A stretch of DNA of 50,064 bases, filler included, from an uncultured virus (IMG/VR IMGVR_UViG_2061766007_001805) (Duplodnaviria; Heunggongvirae; Uroviricota; Caudoviricetes). It is 6 parts of one record of this genome, joined end to end, with 100 filler letters (N's around TTAATTAATTAA, not from the genome) between each part and the next. Parts side by side here need not be neighbours in the genome. Positions count along the whole stretch, not along the records: positions 1 to 18,277 come from IMGVR_UViG_2061766007_001805; 5 more parts are not named here. The stretch is one strand, 5' to 3'. The notes under the pieces were generated by a model, which saw nothing but the letters and a program-made list of their open reading frames with translations, did no database searches and was not told the DNA's origin. This document shows positions 8,532 through 18,377 of this stretch, one piece after another. A program made the translations under genes and the position numbers. How positions within the stretch are numbered: the first letter of the stretch is position 1; every line of letters starts with the position of its first letter.

Positions 8532-8930
8532 TTATCTTGCTCTATTTTTCATTGTCTTGCGGTAAACTTTATATTCATCAGATGTAAGAGTTCTGATGAA
8601 TAATTGTCCGTCAAAAACACATTCTTCATTACTATAATCATAATTAACTTTTTTTGGTTCAAGTAACGGATGTGTCATGTCAGGATAAAATGATATATCA
8701 GTTTTACCATTGTACATTTCCACCACATTGTGATATGCTTTAATGGTTATTTTATCAATAGGTGTGTCTGGATTATGCTCATTTTCATCAAATGATGCTA
8801 TTGCACTTATAAATTTGCAAGCCCAAGCAAAATTAGGAAAATCTTTATCCCAATATCCAAATAGGAGAACTTTATTTTTATACTTTTCAAGTTCTCCTAA
8901 TGTTTTAATTTCTATGTAGTCTTTATCCAT
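8532..8930 (-). CDS. Hypothetical phage protein
   Basis: Intact ORF MDKDYIEIKTLGEL... within the minus-strand operon. Confidence 0.75.
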   Translation of the reverse strand: MDKDYIEIKTLGELEKYKNKVLLFGYWDKDFPNFAWACKFISAIASFDENEHNPDTPIDKITIKAYHNVVEMYNGKTDISFYPDMTHPLLEPKKVNYDYSNEECVFDGQLFIRTLTSDEYKVYRKTMKNRAR

Positions 8931-8969
8931 AATCAATATCTAATGTTTCTTTTGTAAATTATTCGTTAA

Positions 8970-9389
8970 TCATATATAAGGATTGTTTTCTTCGGTTACT
9001 TCGATTGCTAAACTTTTGGGAATTAAGTCAAAGATGTCGAAATGTTTTTTAAGAAGCCAGTCGATTGCATCTGACATTATAATTGCCTGATTTTTATATC
9101 CGATTTCAGAATTACCTTTCCAAGCAAATTCGTCAATAACGCAAAAGTTGTCAAACTCTTTCTTTTCTTCATCAGTCATGCTTGACATCGGACGAAGATA
9201 AGGTTTCACAAACTCCCAAGCACCCTCTTCTTTAATCTGATGGAGTAGAGATAAAGTTAATTCTTCCTTATTCCACTTTATTTTACACTCTATAAAATCA
9301 ATCTCTCCTTCTGCCATACTAACTATTATATTATATGGCAATGACATGGACAGATACCGTAACAATAGATTTTTATTTTCTTGTTTCAT
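8970..9389 (-). CDS. Phage hypothetical protein, LLLRYLSM...KPYLRPMSSM...EENNPY family
   Basis: Shares motifs with 11153-11569 and 11678-12091. Confidence 0.85.
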   Translation of the reverse strand: MKQENKNLLLRYLSMSLPYNIIVSMAEGEIDFIECKIKWNKEELTLSLLHQIKEEGAWEFVKPYLRPMSSMTDEEKKEFDNFCVIDEFAWKGNSEIGYKNQAIIMSDAIDWLLKKHFDIFDLIPKSLAIEVTEENNPYI

Positions 9390-9391
9390 AA

Positions 9392-9799
9392 CTATTCCTT
9401 TGTTAGTTCCTTTTTATCTGCATTCCACTCATAACCTGCTTCTCTCATCTTTGTAAACAAGAGGTCACGCTGTTCTTTGGTTGCTGGATAAACGTCAAGA
9501 TGAGTAAAAGGCAATGTTCTATCATAAACTTCAAATCCATATATTGATAATCCACAATAAGCAAATGGGTATTTTCCTTCTTCTACAGTATTATCAAAAA
9601 TACATATACGGTTATCTTTAGTTGCAAGCACATCACCATCATTGGCATCTTCGATAGTCCACAATTTGAAATTATCATACAAATCTTTAACGATTGCTAT
9701 GTGACAGCCATATTCATCTTGTAAACACCCTTCTTTTGCACAATAATATGCAGTATTCTTGTCAAAAGTAACACCTTTACCAAAGAAGTCTTTAGTACA
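9392..9799 (-). CDS. C-terminal part of a modular phage protein (LWTIEDA..GDVL / PATKEQRDLLF repeat family); probably continues 10621-11139
   Basis: Reads CTKDFFGKGVTFDKNTAYYC...PATKEQRDLLFTKMREAGYEW. About 140 bp is nearly identical to 13580-13722. Confidence 0.75.
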   Translation of the reverse strand, partial: CTKDFFGKGVTFDKNTAYYCAKEGCLQDEYGCHIAIVKDLYDNFKLWTIEDANDGDVLATKDNRICIFDNTVEEGKYPFAYCGLSIYGFEVYDRTLPFTHLDVYPATKEQRDLLFTKMREAGYEWNADKKELTKE

Positions 9800-10090
9800 N
9801 NNNNNNNNNTCCTCCCAATATTTACCGTTACATTTAAGTTTTCTCTCTAACAGGCTGTCAGTATCAAGCCTCTCACAGTAATGAAACCCAGGGCAATGTG
9901 GGAATGTCTCTGCCCACAGCCATCTCTTGCAGCCCGAACAANNNNNNNNNNAAGAAATGCCAAAGAATCAGACTCTGTTTTTTCGACATAGCATTCTGGA
10001 TTTGGGTATGCGTAAAAACCTGCACACTTTCTATATAGTTTTGCACACCCGTGACAATAGCCTTCTTCTTTCTTACGTGATTTTGCCATA

Positions 10091-10294
10091 TCATTCTTTT
10101 ACGTTATCGTCAATATAATCCCTGAGAAATGACAGTTCCTGATGGGCAGAACAAACTAATCTATCAGCTTCATAAGTACAATCACGAATAGCATCTACAT
10201 CTCTCACTCTTCTTGCCCTAACAAGTTCCCATGTCCACTTGTCAATGTCTGCACAGAGCCTGTCTATGTCTTGTAAAACCTCTTGCTTTGTCAT
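10091..10294 (-). CDS. Hypothetical phage protein
   Basis: 67-aa ORF tightly packed against its neighbours. Confidence 0.65.
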   Translation of the reverse strand: MTKQEVLQDIDRLCADIDKWTWELVRARRVRDVDAIRDCTYEADRLVCSAHQELSFLRDYIDDNVKE

Positions 10295-10295
10295 A

Positions 10296-10589
10296 CTATT
10301 TACCTTTCTGTGCTTTAAATCGTTTCAAAACATCCTCATACACCTTCTGTTGGCCTTCTATTGTCTGAAAGGCATAAAGATACTTATTCATAGCATCTTT
10401 TATACATTTATGGATTACTAGCATATCTTCCCAAGTAAGGCTTTCTTTTTCCAAATCCACCTCTTTCACTTCGAGGGTGTCGATGAAAGAAAGCATATCT
10501 TTCAGGCATACCAAATAACCACTATGATGCTCTTTTATTCTTCTCTCTATCTCCGCTACTAAAGCGGATTTTGGTATATACTGTTCCAT
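10296..10589 (-). CDS. Hypothetical phage protein (YIPKSALVAEIERR type)
   Basis: 97-aa ORF with operon-like spacing. Confidence 0.75.
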   Translation of the reverse strand: MEQYIPKSALVAEIERRIKEHHSGYLVCLKDMLSFIDTLEVKEVDLEKESLTWEDMLVIHKCIKDAMNKYLYAFQTIEGQQKVYEDVLKRFKAQKGK

Positions 10590-10620
10590 AACTCAATTAT
10601 TTTAAATGTTNNNNNNNNNN

Positions 10621-11139
10621 TTGATACCACTTACTAACCTTAAACTTCGGCTCAACTTTTTCTTTGTTGATTGTTTCAAGTGCTGATTTGTCCTGTAACT
10701 TCTGCTCACCTTGCTTTTCAAGCATAAAGCTATCCAATTCCGAAAGTTCTATATAGTCACATTCAAAGCTAAGACATGAACTTAAACTATATGTAAGACC
10801 ATTCTTTATTAAAAAGACAGGTATGTCATTCCCATTTCCTGCAATACCGTCTTTCCAATGTTTCCAAATAGAAGTTTTCTTTGATTGTCCTTGCTTTTCA
10901 AGCCAATCTGCCCATCTTCTATAATCATTTGCATCAACACAGACTTGTTTTCCATCTCTTCTATTAATGCAATGTTCTAACAGTTCTTTCCTTATTTGTT
11001 CATCTCCACTCTCTTTGAGTTCTGGAAAAATAAATTCAGCAATTTCCTGTGGAGTATCGGAAACATAATGACCGTATTTTCCAGCCATCCATTCTTTTGC
11101 TCTTTCAAGAGCTTCTTTGTATTTTTGTTCGTAATCCAT
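10621..11139 (-). CDS. N-terminal part of a modular phage protein (YEQKYKEALERAK / IFPELKES / WLEKQGEQK motifs)
   Basis: Motifs are shared with 12924-14535. Truncated by an N gap at KFKVSKWYQ. Confidence 0.8.
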
Positions 11140-11152
11140 AATTATTCCTCCG

Positions 11153-11569
11153 TTATTTATAAGGATTGTTTTCTTCTGTTACTGCGATTGCTAAACCTTT
11201 TGGAATTAAGCCAAGAAAATCAAAACGATGAGCATTAAGCCAATTAATTTGTTTAATACTTAATATACAAGTTGATCCTTTGTTGCCCAGCCAAAGCATG
11301 GTGTCAGGTATTAGGATAAACTCATTTATTTCTTCCTCTGTCATGCTTGACATCGGACGGAGAAATGGCTTGACAATATCAATCTTAACCTTAGAAATTA
11401 TATCTTCTCCATCCATATTTATACCTATCAATATCAATGCAATGCCCTTATATGGTTGTACTGATAGCAAGAAATATGGTTCATTGTCCTCATCTGTCTT
11501 AACTTGTAAGTCATACGGCAATGCCATGGACAAATACCTTAACAATAAATCTTTATCTTCTTGTTTCAT
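11153..11569 (-). CDS. EENNPYK-family phage protein
   Basis: MKQEDKDLLLRYLSMALPY...KPFLRPMSSMTEEE...EENNPYK. Confidence 0.85.
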   Translation of the reverse strand: MKQEDKDLLLRYLSMALPYDLQVKTDEDNEPYFLLSVQPYKGIALILIGINMDGEDIISKVKIDIVKPFLRPMSSMTEEEINEFILIPDTMLWLGNKGSTCILSIKQINWLNAHRFDFLGLIPKGLAIAVTEENNPYK

Positions 11570-11677
11570 TTTTTATAAATTTTATATTCATAATGCCATT
11601 CTCCATCTGCATAATATTCATTTGTAATTCTGCGTCCAAAAGCATCTTTATCTTCTTGTTTCATAACTAATCCTCCG

Positions 11678-12091
11678 TTATTTATAAGGATTGTTTTCTT
11701 CGGTTACTTTAATTGCAAGACCTTTGGGAATTAAGCCAAAGATGTCAAAATGATTATTTAGAAGAAAAAGCAGTCCTTCTGATGTATAAACAAGATTATA
11801 AGGTATTCCATTTGCATGTAAAAAACTGCCTGTATTTGTATAAGCATTCATTTCTTCATCCGTTATGCTTGACATTGGACGGAGATATGGCTTGCAATAA
11901 TCTACTTCATAATAGCCGTCACCTTCATCATAAACCGGGCAATCAATATGCAATACATCACCATCAATACCCAATAATTTATATGCATAGATGTCATCAA
12001 ATGTTTGACATTTAACACCAGACAGCAATGCCATGGACAAATACCGTAACAGTAATTCTTTATCTTGCTGTGTCATAATAAAGTTTGTCAT
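11678..12091 (-). CDS. EENNPYK-family phage protein
   Basis: MTQQDKELLLRYLSMAL...KPYLRPMSS...EENNPYK. Confidence 0.85.
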   Translation of the reverse strand: MTNFIMTQQDKELLLRYLSMALLSGVKCQTFDDIYAYKLLGIDGDVLHIDCPVYDEGDGYYEVDYCKPYLRPMSSITDEEMNAYTNTGSFLHANGIPYNLVYTSEGLLFLLNNHFDIFGLIPKGLAIKVTEENNPYK

Positions 12092-12161
12092 AATCGGTTA
12101 TTCTTGTTTAATTATCATCAGGTTCTCTCTTTCTGAGGCTAAACCTTTATGATTTCTATTG

Positions 12162-12169
12162 CAAAGATA
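12162..12169 (-). promoter_or_regulatory. Bacteroidota sigma-A -7 element (TATCTTTG) heading the 12.1-8.4 kb operon; similar minus-strand elements at 20250, 24012, 38006, 40565, 42944 and 46920
   Basis: TAnnTTTG consensus in AT-rich intergenic DNA upstream of gene starts. Confidence 0.65.
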
Positions 12170-12251
12170 TATAAAAAATTTGAAACTGTAAATTTTTAAT
12201 TAATATATTAGGAAAATTTAACAATATGTTTTAGGTAAGTCTGTCGCAGTA

Positions 12252-12470
12252 TTGCCTGATTCACATCAACATTTTACAGTTTATGAAAAAGTCAACGTTG
12301 ACACTTTTGTCTGTTATCAGGATTATTTACTAATGGTGTGGTTCATCATAATGACAATTGGGTTTGTTATAGATGACATTTATACTAATATGATTGAAGG
12401 ATTCTGGAGTCATTTCAAAAAGATGGTTTTCTGCACATATCATTATGTATCAAAGTGCTCTAAGACTTAA
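12252..12470 (+). pseudogene. IS1595-family transposase remnant
   Basis: YTNMIEGFWSHFKKMVFCTYHYVSK resembles the IS1595/ISXO2 motif HTNxIEGFWSxxKRxxxGxYHxxS. The ORF is short and degraded. Confidence 0.7.
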
Positions 12471-12765
12471 TATTCTTGAAGAACTTTTCAGAGAAAAATA
12501 TAGGAAAACATATTACTAAATGGACTGAATAATCAATAAGACGATTTGTGAAAGACAATAACATTAAGACAAGAAATGATTTATGAATTAAAGTAAGAAG
12601 TGCTTATAATGCAGCAAGACAACTCAATATTTTTAATAAATTATTTCCATAGAACAATTAAAGAATACTCAATATGAGCATTCTTTAATGAAAGTATATT
12701 GTCACAAAAATGTTTAATAATGAAACCATTTGTGACAACAGGTATATAATTACTTTTTGAAGCCA

Positions 12766-12800
12766 AATAAAAATGCCCTGCTTATTTGTTCAAGCAGGGC
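12766..12800 (-). terminator. Intrinsic terminator
   Basis: gccctgctt/aagcagggc stem followed on the minus strand by ATTTTTATTT. Confidence 0.7.
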
Positions 12801-12923
12801 GAGCAAAGGAATGCAGTCTTTATTCAAGCGACTGTTTTTTTTTGAATTGATATTCTATATCATATTCTCTATCATAGATGACGGCTCCCGGCTCCGCATT
12901 TTTAATAATTAACNNNNNNNNNN

Positions 12924-14535
12924 TAACTTTTTAAGTTGTTCCAATAATTCCTTTGATGCCTTATATTGCCAAGAGCCTTCAAAAGTTGAATGGACTTGAT
13001 ATTCAAGAGCCTGTATCTGCTCGTCACTCGGCTTCCAAGTGTATCTTTCTTTGAGGGATTTGAGCCATGATATAACTTTATCATGATACGCTTGTGGGAT
13101 GATGCCTGCTCCCAATCTGTTATGATAGTCATTTTGCACATTTTTAATCATCTGATTATCCTCTTCACTCCACTCTTGCTTTGGTTGTGGTGTAAACTTA
13201 CTAAGTTCAATCATAGCAGATTGTAGAGCATTTGTAAGATTATCATTACTTTGTTCTCTAACAATCTTAGCAAGTCCGACTTTCTCAAACACATCAGCAA
13301 TANNNNNNNNNNNNNNNNNNNNNNNNNNNTCTTCTTCAACTCTTTCTTTTCAAAGTCAAAGGTATATCCTGCTTCAGCCATTGCTTTTTCAAGAATATCA
13401 CGTTGCTCTTTAGTTGCAGGATAGATTTCAGAACCTGTTGCAATATATGAATTAGTGTTTATACGGAATCCTAATTCAATATCATAATGACAATAGCATG
13501 TAGGTTTTCCGTTAGAATTAATCTTTTTAAATATAAATACCAAATCTTCTGTNNNNNNNNNNNNNNNNCATCTTGGATAGTCCATAATTTGAAATTATCA
13601 TACAAATCTTTAACGATTGCTATGTGACACCCATATTCACCTTGTAAGCACCCTTCTTTTGCGCAATAATACGCAGTATTCTTGTCAAAAGTAACACCTT
13701 TACCAAAGAAGTCTTTAGTACANNNNNNNNNNNNNNNNNNNNNNNNNNNNNNNNNNNNNNNNNNNNNNNNNNNNNNNNNNNNNNNNNNNNNNNNNNNNNN
13801 NNNNNNNNNNNNNNNNNNNNNNNNNNNNNNNNNNNNACCTTGTTTTTCAAGCCAAGCAAGAATATCTTCACCTTTAATTCCATCTATATCAATCGTAGAT
13901 TTGTGAAATCTTATAAGTGCCTTCCTTATCCGCTCATCCTCTTCACTCCAAGCAGGTTTCTGTTCATTTTGCTCTCGACACCACTTCTCGCAATCTTCCT
14001 TTTTATAAAAACAATTACGCAAGAAACATAGTAATTCCTCGTTATTATGAAATGCTTCTATTGAGCCATAAAAACTATATGGAAAACACTCATATTTATT
14101 TGAACACTCATTCTTTATTGGGTGATAGATAGTAAAGTCGTTATCTTCTTCATTAGCATCAGCAGGCTTCTGCTCACCTTGCTCAAAGCATTTGGCAACA
14201 GCAATATCCATAGCCTCTTGTTGAGTTAAGTCATTTATGGATTTCTGCTCACCTTGCTTTTCAAGCCCTGCTTTATAACCAAGTCGGAATCCTTCTCTTT
14301 TTTCATGGTCAATGGCGTATGGAATGTTTTCAAGCCAAGCAATCCAAGGGGTCACTTTTTCATCTGTTATATTTTCGTTCACAAAAGGAGATTTAAGAAA
14401 GCTAATCAATGCTTTCTTTATCTTCTCATCCTCGCTCTCTGCAAGTTCGGGGAAGATTTCTTCTAATCTTTCTTTTTGCTCTTTTGACAATTCTTGGCTA
14501 TTCAATAGAGCAATAACTTTTTCTTTATAATCCAT
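12924..14535 (-). CDS. Large modular phage protein (gap-fragmented; WLEKQGEQK, WSEEDE, PATKEQR and WKPSDEQ motifs)
   Basis: Track ORFs 13471-14583, 13211-13585 and 12909-13292 are consecutive pieces separated by N gaps. ATG at 14535 (MDYKEKV). Confidence 0.7.
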
Positions 14536-14960
14536 AATTATTCTTCTTTTAAGTTGTACATTCCCTCTGGGGCTTTTTTGCACAAGTTAGCCATTCGTCA
14601 CACATAGAACCGTTGCAAGCATTAACAACATGACCTTTGTGGTGGTATGGTACTCTCGCACAAAGGTCTTTCAATAATAAGTCTTTACCTTCTATTGATA
14701 GTTCTTTCATNNNNNNNNNNNNNNNNNNNNNNNNNNNNNNNNNNNNNNNNNNNNNNNNNNNNNNNNNNNNNNNNNNCAATTACACCAATTAAATCTTGTA
14801 AAAAATTATCCATAATCACAACATTTTAAGTTCGTTCAATTTTTCAATCATAGCCACACAAGCATCAATAGGATTGTCTGCAATACATAATAATTCTTCG
14901 TTACCATAAGCAATTGAATATTTTTCATTTTCTTTTTGTAAATTAGGTGCATAATAATTC

Positions 14961-15155
14961 TTAATTATTCCTTCTGGCAAAACACCAAGCAATGCTGCAA
15001 GACTCCAGCAACCACAAAGTTCTTCTGGNNNNNNNNNNNNNNNAGGGCTTGCCTAAACCATTACTAACCCAAGACATATCCGCACTTTCAAGCGGTAGTA
15101 TTTCTGCCAACTTACGACTTTGTTCTACAGAGGTGAAACTCTTAATTGTTACCAT
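14961..15155 (-). CDS. Hypothetical phage protein (TSVEQSRKLAEILPLESADM type), gap-broken
   Basis: ORF start overlaps the upstream stop. The frame is uncertain after the N gap. Confidence 0.55.
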   Translation of the reverse strand: MVTIKSFTSVEQSRKLAEILPLESADMSWVSNGLGKPXXXXXXRRTLWLLESCSIAWCFARRNN

Positions 15156-15384
15156 AACATTTTAACTTAAATAATTTGTGTTTTGTTATCTCCTCATCTG
15201 CTTTATAGCCCCTGTCTTCTTGCGACTTAAAGCAATACCACATACAGATTTGATAGGCTATTGAGCCTTCTTTTGGCTGAAACTTATTAGTCTTTCTGTA
15301 TTTAGTAAGCCCGTAATTCCACATATCGGAAAATGCTGCCTTTTTAATCTTTCTTGGCAGTTTTGGTTTCTTAACTGTTGCCAT
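15142..15384 (-). CDS. Hypothetical phage protein
   Basis: 80-aa ORF MATVKKPKLPRKIKK. Confidence 0.65.
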   Translation of the reverse strand: MATVKKPKLPRKIKKAAFSDMWNYGLTKYRKTNKFQPKEGSIAYQICMWYCFKSQEDRGYKADEEITKHKLFKLKCYGNN

Positions 15385-15390
15385 AGTTAT

Positions 15391-15783
15391 TCAAATTAAA
15401 TTTTCAAGACAATACTTTATTGCTGCTTCAGCGGCTTCTNNNNNNNNNNCTCTAAAGCTTCTGTTATCTATAAGACTATGTATAGCATAATACCAAGTGA
15501 GTTTATTTCTCATATCCCCTTCTGGCCAATAAGGACTAATACATATTGTCCAATTATGTACTTCCCTCAACCACTTCATTGCCATTTGAAGAGTTGGGGC
15601 AGCAATATATTTATCTTTATTATATACACCAGCTGGATATTGATGAGCAAAGTGATGTTCACCGTTATCATCTACACTTATGCTATAAATCATTTCTGTT
15701 GTGAAATATCCGCAATTATCTTGTATCTGCTGAAAACCTTTATCTTTAAGAAGTTTTGCTATTTCAAAACTAACGTAATCCTC
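15391..15783 (-). CDS. Hypothetical phage protein (EDYVSFEIAKLLKDKGF...APTLQMAMKWLRE), 5' end in gap
   Basis: Coherent ORF downstream of the N gap. Confidence 0.7.
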   Translation of the reverse strand, partial: EDYVSFEIAKLLKDKGFQQIQDNCGYFTTEMIYSISVDDNGEHHFAHQYPAGVYNKDKYIAAPTLQMAMKWLREVHNWTICISPYWPEGDMRNKLTWYYAIHSLIDNRSFRXXXXEAAEAAIKYCLENLI

Positions 15784-16140
15784 NNNNNNNNNNNNNNNNN
15801 NNNNNNNNNNNNNNNNNNNNNNNNNNNNNNNNNNNNNNNNNNNNNNNNNNNNNNNNNNNNNNNNNNNNNNNNNNNNNNNNNNNNNNNNNNNNNNNNNNNN
15901 NNNNNNNNNNNNNNNNNNNNNNNNNNNNNNNNNNNNNNNNNNNNNNNNNNNNNNNNNNNNNNNNNNNNNNNNNNNNNNNNNNNNNNNNNNNNNNNNNNNN
16001 NNNNNNNNNNNNNNNNNNNNNNNNNNNNNNNNNNNNNNNNNNNNNNNNNNNNNNNNNNNNNNNNNNNNNNNNNNNNNNNNNNNNNNNNNNNNNNNNNNNN
16101 NNNNNNNNNNNNNNNNNNNNNNNNNNNNNNNNNNNNNNNN

Positions 16141-16484
16141 TTGTATGAATAAGTACACCATTCCAGATTATCTACTTTATTATTATATTTGTTCTCGTCT
16201 TTATGATTTACACATGGCAAACTATTAGGATTTTCAATAAAAGTAATAGCAATTAAGTAATGAACATTGTATGTTATATGGTGTTTATTTTTAAACAAAC
16301 CAACCGTTAAATATTGTCCAAAACCTTTTATTAAAGAAAGAAGCCTTTCTTTTCTGTGGATAATTTTGCCGTTTTTATAATAGATAACCCTTGCACATGA
16401 TTTTATCCTACCGTATGAACTTGCTTGGTATATTCCTTCATAATTCGGAATATCTTTCCATGTTTCTTCTGTAATTGTTGCCAT
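16141..16484 (-). CDS. NUMOD4-HNH homing endonuclease (3' end in gap)
   Basis: ETWKDIPNYEGIYQASSYGRIKS (NUMOD4) and VHYLIAITFI...VNHKDENKYNNKVDNLEWCT (HNH). Confidence 0.9.
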
Positions 16485-16497
16485 AGTTATTTCTCCT

Positions 16498-16713
16498 TTA
16501 TAATTCTAAAGTTTCAAAATGTTTCAATAAGTCAATACACACATCGGCCTTACCTATATAGAAAGGCCATCGAAAATCCAAGTCCTGTCTCCTTGGCTTT
16601 GGCTTGAACTTGTCAGCGACCTTACAATAGTGGTCGCGGCATTCTTCCAGTGCTTTCTTGGAAATTGTTATCTTATCATCACAGACAACATATTCGTCTT
16701 TTTCTAACACCAT
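16498..16713 (-). CDS. Hypothetical phage protein
   Basis: 71-aa ORF in the operon. Confidence 0.6.
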   Translation of the reverse strand: MVLEKDEYVVCDDKITISKKALEECRDHYCKVADKFKPKPRRQDLDFRWPFYIGKADVCIDLLKHFETLEL

Positions 16714-16724
16714 ACGCTTTGTTT

Positions 16725-17300
16725 TTAAATGTTTACGTAATCTATCAACAGTATCTCCTTGTCTGTTTCTTTTGCACGAAGATTTTTATTGTGTAGACGT
16801 GCATAGAGCCACGGCCACCAATCATCGAGAATCTTCGGAGGGCAGACGGATGCGTACTTCTCGCAGCACGACGGGTCGTAATAATCGAAGTGATAGTCCC
16901 GCTCCCAACTGAACAGGTTGCGACCGCACCAGAAGTGGATGTTGTCGTACTCATCCTCTATTAGCTGGCAGAAATGCTGGAAGAGTTCTTTGCGACGGTG
17001 CTTGTACTGCCGTGCCGAGCGCACCTCGTGGATGACGCGGACGTAGCAGCCGCCCTGTTCGTTGAGCCACGCGAGGTCTTCGTAGACCTGCGACGCGGTG
17101 AATCCGTACTCGACGATGCCGTGGGCGATGATGCCAAGTCCGTATTTGTTGAAGCGCACCCGCAAGTCAAAGCACCTCACACCGAGTTCGTACTGCTCCT
17201 TGATAGTCTTGCGCTGACACTTTGCCGTGAAAGCTATCGGCTTCATCCACCATTTCTTGACTGGTAGATAAGACAAAGAATTGTGAGAACCTAATATCAT
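16725..17300 (-). CDS. PI-PLC X-domain (phosphatidylinositol phospholipase C-like) phosphodiesterase
   Basis: GSHNS...CQRKTIKEQYELGVRCFDLRV...IAHG matches the PI-PLC catalytic-domain signature (HNS / Q...Q...GvRxxDlR / HG). Confidence 0.75.
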   Translation of the reverse strand: MILGSHNSLSYLPVKKWWMKPIAFTAKCQRKTIKEQYELGVRCFDLRVRFNKYGLGIIAHGIVEYGFTASQVYEDLAWLNEQGGCYVRVIHEVRSARQYKHRRKELFQHFCQLIEDEYDNIHFWCGRNLFSWERDYHFDYYDPSCCEKYASVCPPKILDDWWPWLYARLHNKNLRAKETDKEILLIDYVNI

Positions 17301-17302
17301 AG

Positions 17303-17692
17303 TCAATAGCAATAAATGTAAATTGAATCACGAATGATTATAGCCGAATCTTTTGGCGTGCATGCTTGTTCGTATTTAAGTAGTTCGTACGCAAGACTGT
17401 CTCGTTGATGCTCGTACGTCTTGGACTTTACTTTTATGCTTATGCTTACCATGAGCCAAAATGCGGTCAACATTGTAGCGACAACAGCAACGGACAATAG
17501 CGGGCGCATACGTATCAACTTGGCAAGAAACACACCTAACTTGTACAATATCGTAGCGATTCCCACAAAGATAGACGCAAGAACGCCGAGAATACCATTT
17601 AGAAGCGTTCTGACAGCATTTCTTGTGTATCGCAGCCAACCATTAAGGTCGTCGAATAAAAAGCGCTTAGAACCGAAATTTAACATTTCCAC
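17303..17692 (-). CDS. Hypothetical membrane protein
   Basis: Two hydrophobic segments. Confidence 0.65.
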   Translation of the reverse strand: MEMLNFGSKRFLFDDLNGWLRYTRNAVRTLLNGILGVLASIFVGIATILYKLGVFLAKLIRMRPLLSVAVVATMLTAFWLMVSISIKVKSKTYEHQRDSLAYELLKYEQACTPKDSAIIIRDSIYIYCY

Positions 17693-17881
17693 GTTTCTCA
17701 GTCGTCGAAGTTCTTGAACACGCCTCCGTTCTTTACGAACTCAAGTATGGGTACTTGGAGGTACATCTTGTTGTTGTAGACAAACGGAACAGCTTTTTTG
17801 AACATCTTCTCGTACTCTTCGTCAACAAGAACGACGTGTTTCGGAAGGCGCTNNNNNNNNNNAGATAGCCGACTCCCTGAC

Positions 17882-18277
17882 TCATTTCTTCTTGTCTTTA
17901 GGTTCGTTGTCACCGAAGTCGCTGAAAGCTTCTGCAACCTTCTTCGCTTTCTCTTCGTCCACTTTCGGCTCAAAAGCTTCNNNNNNNNNNNNNNNNNNNN
18001 NNNNNNNNNNNTCAACCACCATGTCAATATCAATCTCTTCAATCTTCTCCACTGACAGATAGTCAAAGATTTGCCTTTCATCAACTCCAATCGTCTTGAA
18101 GTAATCAAGCATCTTCGCACGACTTGTTTCCAAAGTCATTGACTCTCCAATAGACACTTTCTTTGCTTTGTCGATTGCTTTTTTGATAAGAGCTGCAGGG
18201 ACTACTTTGAACACAGCGTTACGAAGTGCTATGGCGCATGCTGCGTTTCCAGTCATAATCTGCATGTCGTCGTTGTA
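17882..18277 (-). CDS. C-terminal part of a putative phage recombination (annealing-type) protein
   Basis: DMQIMTGNAACAIALRNAVFKVVP...; cut by a contig linker. Function is inferred only from its context next to the exonuclease and SSB. Confidence 0.4.
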   Translation of the reverse strand, partial: YNDDMQIMTGNAACAIALRNAVFKVVPAALIKKAIDKAKKVSIGESMTLETSRAKMLDYFKTIGVDERQIFDYLSVEKIEEIDIDMVVXXXXXXXXXXXEAFEPKVDEEKAKKVAEAFSDFGDNEPKDKKK

Positions 18278-18377
18278 NNNNNNNNNNNNNNNNNNNNNNN
18301 NNNNNNNNNNNNNNNNNNNNNTTAATTAATTAANNNNNNNNNNNNNNNNNNNNNNNNNNNNNNNNNNNNNNNNNNNN

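Noticed and set aside
9810..10610. Apparent insertion splitting the gene 11139-10621 / 9799-9392 (KWYQ|CTKDFF)
   Set aside because: Bounded on both sides by 10-N scaffold gaps, so it is more likely mis-scaffolded strain variation than an intron or mobile element.
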